From Escherichia phage 235Ecol030PP: a stretch of DNA of 64,000 bases. The position numbers and the translations under genes are program-made. Below the pieces are notes generated by a model that was given only the letters and a program-made list of their open reading frames with translations, was not told the origin of the DNA and searched no databases. The stretch is from sequence record PP355091.1. One strand, given 5' to 3'. Positions within the stretch are counted from its first letter, which is position 1. Each line of letters starts with the position of its first letter. Below are positions 1 to 13,094 of the stretch, piece after piece.

Positions 1-1
1 T

Positions 2-2108
<2,107 letters not shown>

Positions 2109-2136
2109 TATTAAAGCATATTAAAGAGGATTAAAA

Positions 2137-4116
2137 ATGACTTTATTATCTCCGGGCATTGAGCTCAAAGAAACTACGGTTCAAAGCACCGTGGTTAATA
2201 ACTCTACTGGTACAGCAGCTTTGGCCGGTAAATTCCAGTGGGGTCCTGCTTTTCAGATTAAACAGGTTACAAATGAAGTAGATTTAGTTAATACTTTTGG
2301 TCAACCAACCGCTGAAACTGCTGACTATTTTATGTCTGCGATGAATTTCTTGCAGTACGGAAATGACTTACGAGTAGTTCGTGCTGTTGATAGAGATACC
2401 GCTAAAAACTCATCTCCGATTGCCGGTAATATTGAATACACAATTTCTACCCCAGGTAGTAACTACGCAGTTGGAGATAAAATCACGGTCAAATATGTTT
2501 CAGATGCTATTGAAACTGAAGGTAAAATTACTGAAGTAGACGTAGATGGAAAAATTAAGAAAATTAATATTCCTACTGCAAAAATTATCGCTAAAGCTAA
2601 AGAAGTCGGTGAATATCCAGCACTAGGTTCTAACTGGACTGCGGAAATTTCTTCATCTTCCTCTGGTTTAGCTGCAGTAATAACTCTTGGAAAAATTATT
2701 ACTGATTCTGGTATTTTATTAGCTGAAATTGAAAATGCTGAAGCTGCTATGACAGAGGTTGGCTTTCAAGCAAATCTCGAAAAATACGGAATTCCAGGAG
2801 TAGTAGCGCTTTATCCAGGCGAATTAGGCGATAAAATTGAAATTGAAATAGTATCTAAAGCTGACTATGCAAAAGGAGCTTCTGCATTACTCCCAATTTA
2901 TCCAGGTGGTGGTACTCGTGCATCTACTGCCAAAGCAGTGTTTGGATATGGACCACAAACTGATTCACAGTACGCTATTATAGTTCGTCGCAATGATGCT
3001 ATTGTTCAAAGTGTTGTTCTTTCAACTAAGCGTGGTGAAAAAGATATTTACGATAGTAACATCTATATCGATGACTTTTTCGCAAAAGGTGGTTCAGAAT
3101 ATATTTTTGCAACCGCACAAAACTGGCCAGAAGGCTTCTCTGGAATTTTAACTCTGTCTGGTGGATTATCATCAAATGCTGAAGTAACAGCAGGAGATTT
3201 GATGGAAGCTTGGGACTTCTTTGCTGACCGTGAATCCGTTGATGTTCAACTGTTTATTGCGGGTTCTTGTGCCGGTGAATCTTTAGAAACAGCATCTACT
3301 GTCCAAAAACACGTCGTTTCAATTGGGGATGCTCGCCAAGATTGCTTAGTATTGTGCTCACCACCGCGTGAAACTGTAGTTGGAATTCCTGTAACCCGTG
3401 CTGTTGATAACTTAGTCAATTGGAGAACTGCGGCAGGTTCATACACTGATAATAACTTTAATATCAGTTCAACCTATGCAGCAATTGATGGTAACTACAA
3501 GTATCAGTATGACAAATATAATGATGTGAATCGTTGGGTTCCATTAGCAGCTGATATTGCTGGTTTATGCGCAAGAACTGATAACGTATCTCAGACTTGG
3601 ATGTCTCCAGCTGGTTATAATCGTGGTCAGATTCTTAACGTTATTAAACTTGCTATTGAAACTCGCCAGGCTCAGCGCGACCGTTTATACCAAGAAGCTA
3701 TCAACCCGGTAACCGGTACAGGTGGTGATGGTTACGTATTGTATGGTGATAAAACAGCTACTTCTGTTCCTTCTCCATTTGATCGTATTAACGTTCGTCG
3801 TCTGTTTAATATGTTGAAAACGAATATCGGACGTAGTTCAAAATATCGTTTGTTCGAATTAAACAACGCGTTTACTCGTTCATCATTCCGCACAGAAACT
3901 GCCCAGTACTTACAGGGAATTAAAGCTCTCGGTGGAATTTATGAATATCGTGTAGTTTGCGATACAACAAATAATACTCCGTCAGTAATTGATAGAAATG
4001 AGTTTGTTGCAACATTCTACATCCAACCGGCTCGCAGTATAAATTATATCCAACTTAATTTCGTCGCAACGGCTACTGGTGCAGATTTCGATGAGTTAAC
4101 TGGTCTTGCTGGTTAA
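2137..4116 (+). CDS. 18: contractile tail sheath protein
   Basis: 659 aa as T4 gp18; AGAGGA SD; TATAAATA late promoter upstream. Confidence 0.96.
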   Translation: MTLLSPGIELKETTVQSTVVNNSTGTAALAGKFQWGPAFQIKQVTNEVDLVNTFGQPTAETADYFMSAMNFLQYGNDLRVVRAVDRDTAKNSSPIAGNIEYTISTPGSNYAVGDKITVKYVSDAIETEGKITEVDVDGKIKKINIPTAKIIAKAKEVGEYPALGSNWTAEISSSSSGLAAVITLGKIITDSGILLAEIENAEAAMTEVGFQANLEKYGIPGVVALYPGELGDKIEIEIVSKADYAKGASALLPIYPGGGTRASTAKAVFGYGPQTDSQYAIIVRRNDAIVQSVVLSTKRGEKDIYDSNIYIDDFFAKGGSEYIFATAQNWPEGFSGILTLSGGLSSNAEVTAGDLMEAWDFFADRESVDVQLFIAGSCAGESLETASTVQKHVVSIGDARQDCLVLCSPPRETVVGIPVTRAVDNLVNWRTAAGSYTDNNFNISSTYAAIDGNYKYQYDKYNDVNRWVPLAADIAGLCARTDNVSQTWMSPAGYNRGQILNVIKLAIETRQAQRDRLYQEAINPVTGTGGDGYVLYGDKTATSVPSPFDRINVRRLFNMLKTNIGRSSKYRLFELNNAFTRSSFRTETAQYLQGIKALGGIYEYRVVCDTTNNTPSVIDRNEFVATFYIQPARSINYIQLNFVATATGADFDELTGLAG

Positions 4117-4132
4117 TACGGTGCATTCTAAA

Positions 4133-4150
4133 GGCCTGTTTCGGCAGGCC
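4133..4150 (+). other. stem-loop after gene 18 (GGCCUG / CAGGCC)
   Basis: Perfect 6-bp palindrome; no U-tract. Confidence 0.5.
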
Positions 4151-4151
4151 A

Positions 4152-4159
4152 TATAAATA
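4152..4159 (+). promoter_or_regulatory. late promoter TATAAATA upstream of gene 19 (distal)
   Basis: Exact TATAAATA. Confidence 0.6.
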
Positions 4160-4210
4160 CACTATATCCTTAATTCTTTAATTCTATATGCCCTAGGTTA
4201 AACATAGGGA

Positions 4211-4218
4211 TATAAATA
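4211..4218 (+). promoter_or_regulatory. late promoter TATAAATA upstream of gene 19 (proximal)
   Basis: Exact TATAAATA 15 nt before ATG; leader would be very short. Confidence 0.5.
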
Positions 4219-4232
4219 CTACAGAGGCTAAT

Positions 4233-4724
4233 ATGTTTGTAGATGATGTAACACGAGCGTTTGAATCTGGTGATTTTGCTCGACCTAACTTATTCCAAGT
4301 AGAAATTTCTTATCTTGGACAAAATTTTACGTTTCAATGTAAAGCCACTGCTTTACCAGCTGGTATTGTAGAAAAAATTCCAGTCGGATTTATGAACCGT
4401 AAAATTAACGTAGCAGGCGATCGTACATTCGATGACTGGACTGTTACAGTAATGAACGATGAGGCACATGATGCTCGCCAGAAGTTCGTTGATTGGCAAA
4501 GCATTGCTGCGGGACAAGGAAACGAAATTACTGGTGGAAAACCTGCAGAGTATAAAAAGAGCGCTATCGTTCGTCAATATGCTCGTGACGCTAAAACAGT
4601 AACAAAAGAAATTGAAATTAAAGGTCTGTGGCCTACTAACGTGGGTGAACTTCAATTAGATTGGGATTCAAACAATGAAATCCAAACCTTTGAAGTAACT
4701 CTTGCTCTCGATTATTGGGAATAA
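4233..4724 (+). CDS. 19: tail tube protein
   Basis: 163 aa as T4 gp19; follows sheath gene; late promoters upstream. Confidence 0.94.
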   Translation: MFVDDVTRAFESGDFARPNLFQVEISYLGQNFTFQCKATALPAGIVEKIPVGFMNRKINVAGDRTFDDWTVTVMNDEAHDARQKFVDWQSIAAGQGNEITGGKPAEYKKSAIVRQYARDAKTVTKEIEIKGLWPTNVGELQLDWDSNNEIQTFEVTLALDYWE

Positions 4725-4729
4725 AATGA

Positions 4730-6381
<1,652 letters not shown>

Positions 6382-6382
<1 letters not shown>

Positions 6383-6627
6383 TGGAAGGTTTAATTGAAG
6401 CTATTAAATCAAACGACCTCGTAGCCGCTCGTAAATTATTTGCTGAAGCCATGGCTGCAAGAACGATTGATTTAATTAAAGAAGAAAAAATCGCTATCGC
6501 TCGTAATTTCTTAATCGAAGGTGAAGAACCTGAAGACGAGGATGAAGATGAAGATGATGACGAAGATAGCGATGATAAAGACGACAAAAAAGACAAAGAC
6601 TCTGACGAAGACGAGGATGATGAATAA
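6382..6627 (+). CDS. 67: prohead core protein with acidic C-terminal tail
   Basis: 81 aa, [13 protein letters not shown]..., poly-Asp/Glu tail; ATGA overlap with gene 20 stop. Confidence 0.85.
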
Positions 6628-7052
6628 TGCTTCTGATCCCTGAAACTCATGAATTAGTTCTCGAGAATGTCGAAGCACTTATTCCTGAAGCACAGGGTCG
6701 CTTTGACGAATTGTCTTCTGCTTTAAATAAAGACGATATAAATACAATTGTCGAGAATATGCTTGATGATGAATCTGATTTAGCAGTTGCATTAGCTTCT
6801 ATTAATGAAAACATGCCGTTAAATGAATTCATTGTTAAGCACGTTTCAGCTCGTGGTGAAATTACTCGCACTAAAGACCGCAAAACGCGTGAACGAAATG
6901 CATTTCAAACCACTGGGCTGTCTAAAGCAAAACGTAGACAAATTGCTCGTAAAGCTACCAAAACGAAGATTGCCAATCCAGCAGGTCAATCTCGTGCTCA
7001 GCGTAAGCGTAAAAAAGCTCTTAAACGCCGTAAAGCATTAGGATTAAGCTAA
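6627..7052 (+). CDS. 68: prohead core protein
   Basis: 141 aa, basic C-terminus; position between 67 and 21. Confidence 0.82.
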   Translation: MLLIPETHELVLENVEALIPEAQGRFDELSSALNKDDINTIVENMLDDESDLAVALASINENMPLNEFIVKHVSARGEITRTKDRKTRERNAFQTTGLSKAKRRQIARKATKTKIANPAGQSRAQRKRKKALKRRKALGLS

Positions 7053-7690
7053 TGAATGAACCCCAATTACTAATTGAAACTTGGGGTCAACCTGGCGAAA
7101 TTATTGATGGCGTACCAATGCTTGAATCCCATGATGGAAAAGACTTAGGTTTAAAACCGGGTTTATACATCGAAGGAATATTCATGCAAGCGGAAGTTGT
7201 CAATAGAAATAAACGTCTTTATCCAAAACGTATATTAGAAAAAGCGGTAAAAGACTATATTAATGAGCAAGTTTTAACTAAACAAGCTCTCGGAGAATTA
7301 AATCATCCTCCACGCGCTAATGTTGACCCGATGCAAGCCGCTATCATTATAGAAGATATGTGGTGGAAAGGAAATGACGTATACGGACGAGCTCGTGTTA
7401 TTGAAGGTGACCATGGTCCTGGAGATAAATTAGCAGCTAATATTCGTGCCGGATGGATTCCAGGAGTTTCTTCTCGTGGATTAGGTTCATTGACTGACAC
7501 AAATAAAGGTTATCGTATCGTAAACGAAGGATTCAAATTAACTGTAGGTGTTGATGCAGTATGGGGTCCAAGTGCTCCAGATGCATGGGTAACTCCTAAG
7601 GAAATTACCGAATCACAGACGGCGGAAGCCGATACAAGTGCCGATGACGCCTATATGGCTCTCGCAGAGGCCATGAAAAAAGCGTTATAA
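7052..7690 (+). CDS. 21: prohead core protease
   Basis: 212 aa as T4 gp21; synteny. Confidence 0.92.
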   Translation: MNEPQLLIETWGQPGEIIDGVPMLESHDGKDLGLKPGLYIEGIFMQAEVVNRNKRLYPKRILEKAVKDYINEQVLTKQALGELNHPPRANVDPMQAAIIIEDMWWKGNDVYGRARVIEGDHGPGDKLAANIRAGWIPGVSSRGLGSLTDTNKGYRIVNEGFKLTVGVDAVWGPSAPDAWVTPKEITESQTAEADTSADDAYMALAEAMKKAL

Positions 7691-7693
7691 ATA
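7686..7693 (+). promoter_or_regulatory. late promoter TATAAATA for gene 22
   Basis: Exact TATAAATA about 28 nt before ATG. Confidence 0.7.
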
Positions 7694-7720
7694 TTATTAT
7701 CTAAACAACAGGACTACAAA

Positions 7721-8530
7721 ATGCTTAAAGAACAACTGATTGCCGAAGCGCAGAAAATTGATGCTTCCGTTGCTCTTGATAGTATTTTCGAATCAGTTAA
7801 TATTTCTCCGGAAGCAAAAGAAACTTTCGGCACTGTATTCGAAGCTACCGTCAAGCAGCACGCCGTTAAATTAGCTGAATCTCATATCGCTAAAATTGCT
7901 GAAAAAGCAGAAGAAGAAGTAGAAAAAAATAAAGAAGAAGCCGAAGAAAAAGCTGAGAAGAAAATCGCTGAGCAAGCTTCTAAATTCCTTGACCATCTTG
8001 CAAAAGAATGGCTCACTGAAAATAAATTAGCAGTAGATAAAGGCATCAAAGCCGAACTGTTTGAATCCATGCTTGGTGGATTGAAAGAGCTCTTCGTTGA
8101 ACACAACGTTGTTGTTCCAGAAGAATCAGTTGATGTTGTAGCTGAAATGGAAGAAGAACTGCAAGAACACAAAGAAGAATCAGCTCGTCTGTTCGAAGAA
8201 CTCAATAAGCGTGACGCATATATCAATTATGTGCAGCGTGAAGTGGCATTGAGCGAAAGTACTAAAGATCTGACTGAGTCTCAAAAAGAAAAAGTCTCTG
8301 CTCTGGTCGAAGGTATGGATTATTCAGATGCATTCTCAAGTAAATTGAGTGCAATCGTAGAAATGGTGAAGAAATCTAATAAAGATGAAAGCACTATTAC
8401 TGAGAGTATAAATACTCCTGATACTGAAGCAGCCGGACTGAATTTCGTCACTGAAGCTGTAGAAGATAAATCTGCACAAGGTGCAGAAGATATTGTAAGT
8501 GTATATGCGAAAGTCGCATCTCGTTTCTAA
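7721..8530 (+). CDS. 22: prohead core scaffold protein
   Basis: 269 aa, acidic coiled-coil composition; late promoter 7686-7693. Confidence 0.92.
   Translation: MLKEQLIAEAQKIDASVALDSIFESVNISPEAKETFGTVFEATVKQHAVKLAESHIAKIAEKAEEEVEKNKEEAEEKAEKKIAEQASKFLDHLAKEWLTENKLAVDKGIKAELFESMLGGLKELFVEHNVVVPEESVDVVAEMEEELQEHKEESARLFEELNKRDAYINYVQREVALSESTKDLTESQKEKVSALVEGMDYSDAFSSKLSAIVEMVKKSNKDESTITESINTPDTEAAGLNFVTEAVEDKSAQGAEDIVSVYAKVASRF
8407..8414 (+). promoter_or_regulatory. candidate late promoter for gene 23, inside the 3' end of gene 22
   Basis: Exact TATAAATA about 135 nt upstream of gene 23 ATG. Confidence 0.45.
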
Positions 8531-8548
8531 TTTTAAAGGTTAACACAA

Positions 8549-10114
8549 ATGACTATCAAAACTAAAGCTGAACTTTTGAACAAATGGAAGCCATTACTGG
8601 AAGGTGAAGGCCTGCCGGAAATCGCTAATAGCAAGCAGGCTATTATCGCTAAAATCTTCGAAAACCAGGAAAAAGATTTCGAAGTATCCCCTGAATATAA
8701 AGACGAGAAAATCGCTCAGGCATTTGGTTCTTTCTTGACCGAAGCTGAAATTGGTGGTGACCACGGTTATAATGCTACCAACATCGCTGCAGGTCAGACT
8801 TCTGGCGCAGTAACTCAGATTGGCCCAGCTGTTATGGGTATGGTACGTCGTGCTATTCCTAACCTGATTGCTTTCGATATTTGTGGTGTTCAGCCGATGA
8901 ACAGCCCGACTGGCCAGGTATTCGCGCTGCGCGCAGTATATGGTAAAGATCCAATCGCTTCCGGTGCTAAAGAAGCATTCCACCCAATGTATGGTCCAGA
9001 TGCAATGTTCTCTGGTCAGGGTGCTGCTAAGAAATTCGCTGCTTTGAAAGCAAGTGATACTCTTGAAGTCGGAACTATTTACACTCACTTCTTCCAAGAA
9101 ACTGGTACAGTATATCTGCAAGCTACAGCAGCTAAACAAATTGATTCAGGCGCATCTGACGCAGACAAATTAGATGCTGAAATTAAGAAACAAATGGAAG
9201 CTGGTGTACTGGTAGAAATCGCTGAAGGCATGGCTACTTCTATCGCTGAACTTCAGGAAGGTTTCAATGGTTCTACCGATAACCCATGGAATGAAATGGG
9301 CTTCCGTATCGATAAACAAGTTATCGAAGCTAAATCTCGCCAGCTGAAAGCTGCTTACTCTATCGAATTAGCACAAGACCTCCGCGCTGTTCACGGTATG
9401 GATGCTGATGCTGAACTGTCTGGTATTCTGGCTACCGAAATCATGCTGGAAATCAACCGCGAAGTTGTTGATTGGATTAACTACTCCGCACAGGTTGGTA
9501 AATCTGGTATGACCCTGACTCCGGGTTCTAAAGCTGGTGTATTCGACTTCCAGGATCCAATTGATATTCGTGGTGCTCGCTGGGCGGGTGAATCCTTTAA
9601 AGCTCTGTTGTTCCAGATTGACAAAGAAGCAGTTGAAATTGCTCGTCAGACCGGTCGTGGTGAAGGTAACTTCATTATCGCTTCCCGTAACGTAGTTAAC
9701 GTTCTGGCTTCAGTTGATACAGGCATTTCTTATGCTGCACAGGGTCTGGCTACCGGCTTCAACACTGATACTACCAAGTCAGTATTTGCTGGTGTTCTGG
9801 GTGGTAAATACCGTGTATATATCGACCAGTATGCTAAACAGGATTATTTCACTGTAGGTTATAAAGGTCCGAACGAAATGGATGCTGGTATTTACTATGC
9901 TCCATATGTAGCTCTGACTCCGCTGCGTGGTTCCGATCCGAAGAACTTCCAACCGGTAATGGGATTCAAAACTCGTTACGGTATCGGTATCAACCCATTT
10001 GCAGAATCCGCTGCTCAGGCTCCGGCTTCTCGCATCCAAAGCGGTATGCCTTCTATTCTGAATAGCCTTGGTAAAAACGCTTACTTCCGCCGTGTATATG
10101 TTAAAGGTATCTAA
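8549..10114 (+). CDS. 23: major capsid protein
   Basis: 521 aa, MTIKTKAELLNKWKPLLEGEG...; matches remembered T4 gp23. Confidence 0.97.
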   Translation: MTIKTKAELLNKWKPLLEGEGLPEIANSKQAIIAKIFENQEKDFEVSPEYKDEKIAQAFGSFLTEAEIGGDHGYNATNIAAGQTSGAVTQIGPAVMGMVRRAIPNLIAFDICGVQPMNSPTGQVFALRAVYGKDPIASGAKEAFHPMYGPDAMFSGQGAAKKFAALKASDTLEVGTIYTHFFQETGTVYLQATAAKQIDSGASDADKLDAEIKKQMEAGVLVEIAEGMATSIAELQEGFNGSTDNPWNEMGFRIDKQVIEAKSRQLKAAYSIELAQDLRAVHGMDADAELSGILATEIMLEINREVVDWINYSAQVGKSGMTLTPGSKAGVFDFQDPIDIRGARWAGESFKALLFQIDKEAVEIARQTGRGEGNFIIASRNVVNVLASVDTGISYAAQGLATGFNTDTTKSVFAGVLGGKYRVYIDQYAKQDYFTVGYKGPNEMDAGIYYAPYVALTPLRGSDPKNFQPVMGFKTRYGIGINPFAESAAQAPASRIQSGMPSILNSLGKNAYFRRVYVKGI

Positions 10115-10128
10115 TCTTTGACGATTTA

Positions 10129-10146
10129 AGGGACCTTCGGGTCCCT
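10129..10146 (+). terminator. intrinsic terminator after gene 23 (UUCG tetraloop, U-rich tail)
   Basis: AGGGACC TTCG GGTCCCT then TTAGTTGTTTTT. Confidence 0.7.
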
Positions 10147-10162
10147 TTAGTTGTTTTTATGG

Positions 10163-10170
10163 TATAAATA
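10163..10170 (+). promoter_or_regulatory. late promoter TATAAATA for gene 24
   Basis: Exact TATAAATA about 28 nt before ATG, just after the gene 23 terminator. Confidence 0.7.
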
Positions 10171-10197
10171 AATCATATAAACCAAAAGGAAAGCGCA

Positions 10198-11481
10198 ATG
10201 GCTAAAATCAACGAACTTCTGCGCGAATCAACCACAACGAATAGCAACTCAATCGGTCGCCCAAATCTCGTTGCTTTGACTCGCGCTACCACTAAATTAA
10301 TATATTCTGACATTGTAGCAACGCAAAGAACTAATCAACCTGTTGCTGCTTTTTATGGTATCAAATACCTTAACCCAGACAATGAATTTACATTTAAAAC
10401 TGGTGCTACTTATGCTGGCGAAGCTGGATATGTAGACCGAGAACAAATCACAGAATTAACAGAAGAGTCTAAATTAACTCTCAATAAAGGCGATTTATTC
10501 AAATATAATAATATCGTTTATAAAGTATTAGAAGATACACCATTTACTGATATTGAAGAAAGCGATTTAGAATTAGCTCTTCAGATTGCAATTGTTCTTT
10601 TAAAGGTTCGTCTATTTTCTGACGCAGCGTCAACAAGCAAATTTGAAAGCTCTGATAGCGAAATTGCGGATGCTAGATTCCAGATTAATAAATGGCAAAC
10701 CGCAGTTAAATCTCGTAAACTTAAAACTGGCATCACAGTTGAATTAGCGCAAGATTTAGAAGCAAATGGATTCGATGCTCCTAATTTCTTGGAAGATTTG
10801 CTTGCAACTGAAATGGCAGATGAAATCAATAAAGATATTCTGCAGTCTTTGATTACAGTATCAAAACGTTATAAAGTTACAGGAATTACTGATACTGGAT
10901 TCATTGATTTGAGTTATGCATCTGCACCTGAAGCTGGTCGTTCATTATATCGAATGGTATGTGAAATGGTTTCGCATATCCAAAAAGAATCAACTTATAC
11001 AGCAACGTTCTGTGTTGCTTCAGCTCGTGCTGCTGCGATTCTTGCTGCATCAGGTTGGTTAAAACATAAACCAGAAGATGATAAATATCTTTCACAAAAT
11101 GCCTACGGGTTCTTAGCTAATGGTTTACCTCTTTATTGCGATACTAACAGCCCATTAGATTATGTAATCGTCGGTGTGGTAGAAAATATTGGCGAAAAAG
11201 AAATTGTTGGATCAATTTTCTATGCTCCGTATACAGAAGGTCTTGACTTAGATGACCCTGAACATGTAGGCGCATTTAAAGTTGTTGTTGATCCAGAAAG
11301 CTTACAACCGTCTATCAGTTTATTAGTTAGATATGCTTTATCAGCAAATCCTTATACCGTAGCAAAAGATGAAAAAGAAGCAAGAGTAATTGATGGTGGA
11401 GACATGGATAAAATGGCGGGTCGTTCAGATTTGTCTGTTTTATTAGGTGTTAAGCTACCAAAAATTATTGTTGATGAATAA
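10198..11481 (+). CDS. 24: capsid vertex protein
   Basis: 427 aa, gp23 paralogue; late promoter 10163-10170. Confidence 0.94.
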   Translation: MAKINELLRESTTTNSNSIGRPNLVALTRATTKLIYSDIVATQRTNQPVAAFYGIKYLNPDNEFTFKTGATYAGEAGYVDREQITELTEESKLTLNKGDLFKYNNIVYKVLEDTPFTDIEESDLELALQIAIVLLKVRLFSDAASTSKFESSDSEIADARFQINKWQTAVKSRKLKTGITVELAQDLEANGFDAPNFLEDLLATEMADEINKDILQSLITVSKRYKVTGITDTGFIDLSYASAPEAGRSLYRMVCEMVSHIQKESTYTATFCVASARAAAILAASGWLKHKPEDDKYLSQNAYGFLANGLPLYCDTNSPLDYVIVGVVENIGEKEIVGSIFYAPYTEGLDLDDPEHVGAFKVVVDPESLQPSISLLVRYALSANPYTVAKDEKEARVIDGGDMDKMAGRSDLSVLLGVKLPKIIVDE

Positions 11482-11484
11482 AAC

Positions 11485-11506
11485 AAAGGGACCTTTCGGT
11501 CCCTTT
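11485..11506. terminator. bidirectional terminator between gene 24 (+) and rnlB (-)
   Basis: AAAGGGACC TTTC GGTCCCTTT then TTTAT. Confidence 0.7.
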
Positions 11507-11510
11507 TTAT

Positions 11511-12515
11511 TTAACTTACCAATTCAATCCAAGCTGGACGAAGTACATCTTGCACCATTTTAACTAATTCCTTTTTAATCAAAGAAGGATTATCCGCTTG
11601 AGTTAGAGTAATACCTTCACGAGAAGTTTCTTCCAAAATATCTTGAACAGTTAGTCCCATCACCTTTCCAAAATCTTTTGGACCAATTTCGCCAATTTTA
11701 GAAATAACGTTATTTACCCGGTTCAGTGTAACGTAACAAGCTAAAATTCCTACCAATTTGTTATCAGCTTCTGATAGCTCAACTTTAGCTTTAATAGGCT
11801 TATCAGACTTTTTCTTTTCACTAAATTTAGAATTCTTGCATTTGATGGCTACACGATTGCGATTAGGCAGCCAAGAAGGATAACAAGGTTTCAATACATA
11901 TCCTTCAGCGGTAAATACTTCGCCTTTGGCTTCAGCTTTCCAAACACATTTGTTAGCGTCAATTAAACCTGCATTATCTACGGTAAAATTATAAGACGGA
12001 ACAACAGAATCCAAATCATTTGGAAGTTTAATAAGATCTTCAAATTTACCGCGACCTAAAAGTGGAGCCATTTTAAATTTAAATGTATTACAAAACGATT
12101 CCATCATGTAATCATCAACATAAGTTACATCACCACTTTCGGTAGTGACAATAATGTCAAATACATAAAAATCTTTATCGCCATAATCAACATTCTTCTG
12201 AATGCCAGGTCCAGCGAATTCGCCAAAGACTTGATAAGACACAATCGCTGAGGTTTCCATAATATCTTGTACTGCTTCGATAGAATCAGCGTAATTCTTT
12301 AGAATAATTTCATACCCAAAGAAATCTTCAGCAGGAAGAATAGGACCAGTACGTTTAGCGCAAGTTACTTTATCGCGCTCAATAATCAATGAGAAATTTG
12401 TGCCGTGAATCTTTTCACGAGCTACCCACTCCCCACCAGTCAATCCCAAGCTATAAAGTTTTTCAATAAATTTAGAGTTGTAATGATTTTCAAGACTGCT
12501 ATACTTTTTAAACAT
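11511..12515 (-). CDS. rnlB: RNA ligase 2
   Basis: 334 aa, nucleotidyltransferase lysine motif KIHGTN; T4 position after gene 24. Confidence 0.9.
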   Translation of the reverse strand: MFKKYSSLENHYNSKFIEKLYSLGLTGGEWVAREKIHGTNFSLIIERDKVTCAKRTGPILPAEDFFGYEIILKNYADSIEAVQDIMETSAIVSYQVFGEFAGPGIQKNVDYGDKDFYVFDIIVTTESGDVTYVDDYMMESFCNTFKFKMAPLLGRGKFEDLIKLPNDLDSVVPSYNFTVDNAGLIDANKCVWKAEAKGEVFTAEGYVLKPCYPSWLPNRNRVAIKCKNSKFSEKKKSDKPIKAKVELSEADNKLVGILACYVTLNRVNNVISKIGEIGPKDFGKVMGLTVQDILEETSREGITLTQADNPSLIKKELVKMVQDVLRPAWIELVS

Positions 12516-12524
12516 AATTAATCC

Positions 12525-12803
12525 TCAAAATGTAATTTCTAACCAATCACCATCACGCTGATCACTATTGACTTTAAAGCTGAATCCTTCTTTTCTCAGC
12601 CAATCACCAATTTCTTCAGTAATCAATTTATCACGAGCAATACAATAATAATTAAAATGTGTTTTACCTTGTTCAGCTGCTTTATTAGCAAGTTCCGAAA
12701 AATCTTTAATAAAACACTCTAGCTTAAACTGTTTACTTTTGAATGCTTTTTCGCGTAATTGATTAGCAAAAGATTCATTTTCATAAAGATCATACTGTTC
12801 CAT
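12525..12803 (-). CDS. hypothetical protein (position of T4 24.2)
   Basis: 92-aa ORF, ATG start, packed between rnlB and next ORF. Confidence 0.55.
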   Translation of the reverse strand: MEQYDLYENESFANQLREKAFKSKQFKLECFIKDFSELANKAAEQGKTHFNYYCIARDKLITEEIGDWLRKEGFSFKVNSDQRDGDWLEITF

Positions 12804-13005
12804 TTTTCACCTTTTTATTGATATGTCTTTTTCTATAGACAACTTTTTCTCGAGTTTCAAATTTATTTTTAGCAGTCATAGCTCGAGCCCATAATACAGC
12901 CACTTCTTTTGCCTGTAAGTTTAATTCACGAGCAATTTCAATGAATGACTTTCCAGACTCATGAAGAGTAAACACCACAACCTCAGTTCTCATAATCAAT
13001 CTCAT
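12790..13005 (-). CDS. hypothetical protein (position of T4 24.3)
   Basis: 71-aa ORF, ATG start. Confidence 0.5.
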   Translation of the reverse strand: MRLIMRTEVVVFTLHESGKSFIEIARELNLQAKEVAVLWARAMTAKNKFETREKVVYRKRHINKKVKNGTV

Positions 13006-13073
13006 GTTATCGAGTTGGTGCCATTATATACATCATTTTCTGATTGTGTTTTGTGTGCTTTCAAAATGAAGAA

Positions 13074-13089
13074 AGGGGCCGAAGCCCCT
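13074..13089 (-). terminator. terminator after hoc (UUCG loop on minus strand)
   Basis: Minus strand AGGGGC UUCG GCCCCU then UUUCUUCAUUUU. Confidence 0.6.
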
Positions 13090-13094
13090 TATGA

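Noticed and set aside
6737-6744. TATAAATA inside gene 68
   Set aside because: Could be an internal late promoter for gene 21 but sits about 310 nt upstream within coding sequence; not distinguishable from a chance occurrence here.
8594-9139. 181-aa ORF antisense to gene 23, with other antisense ORFs in 17, 18, 19, 20, 22, 24, alt, 30, nrdA, 32, 34 and 37
   Set aside because: All sit inside well-supported genes on the opposite strand, lack start signals, and are expected by chance in long ORFs.
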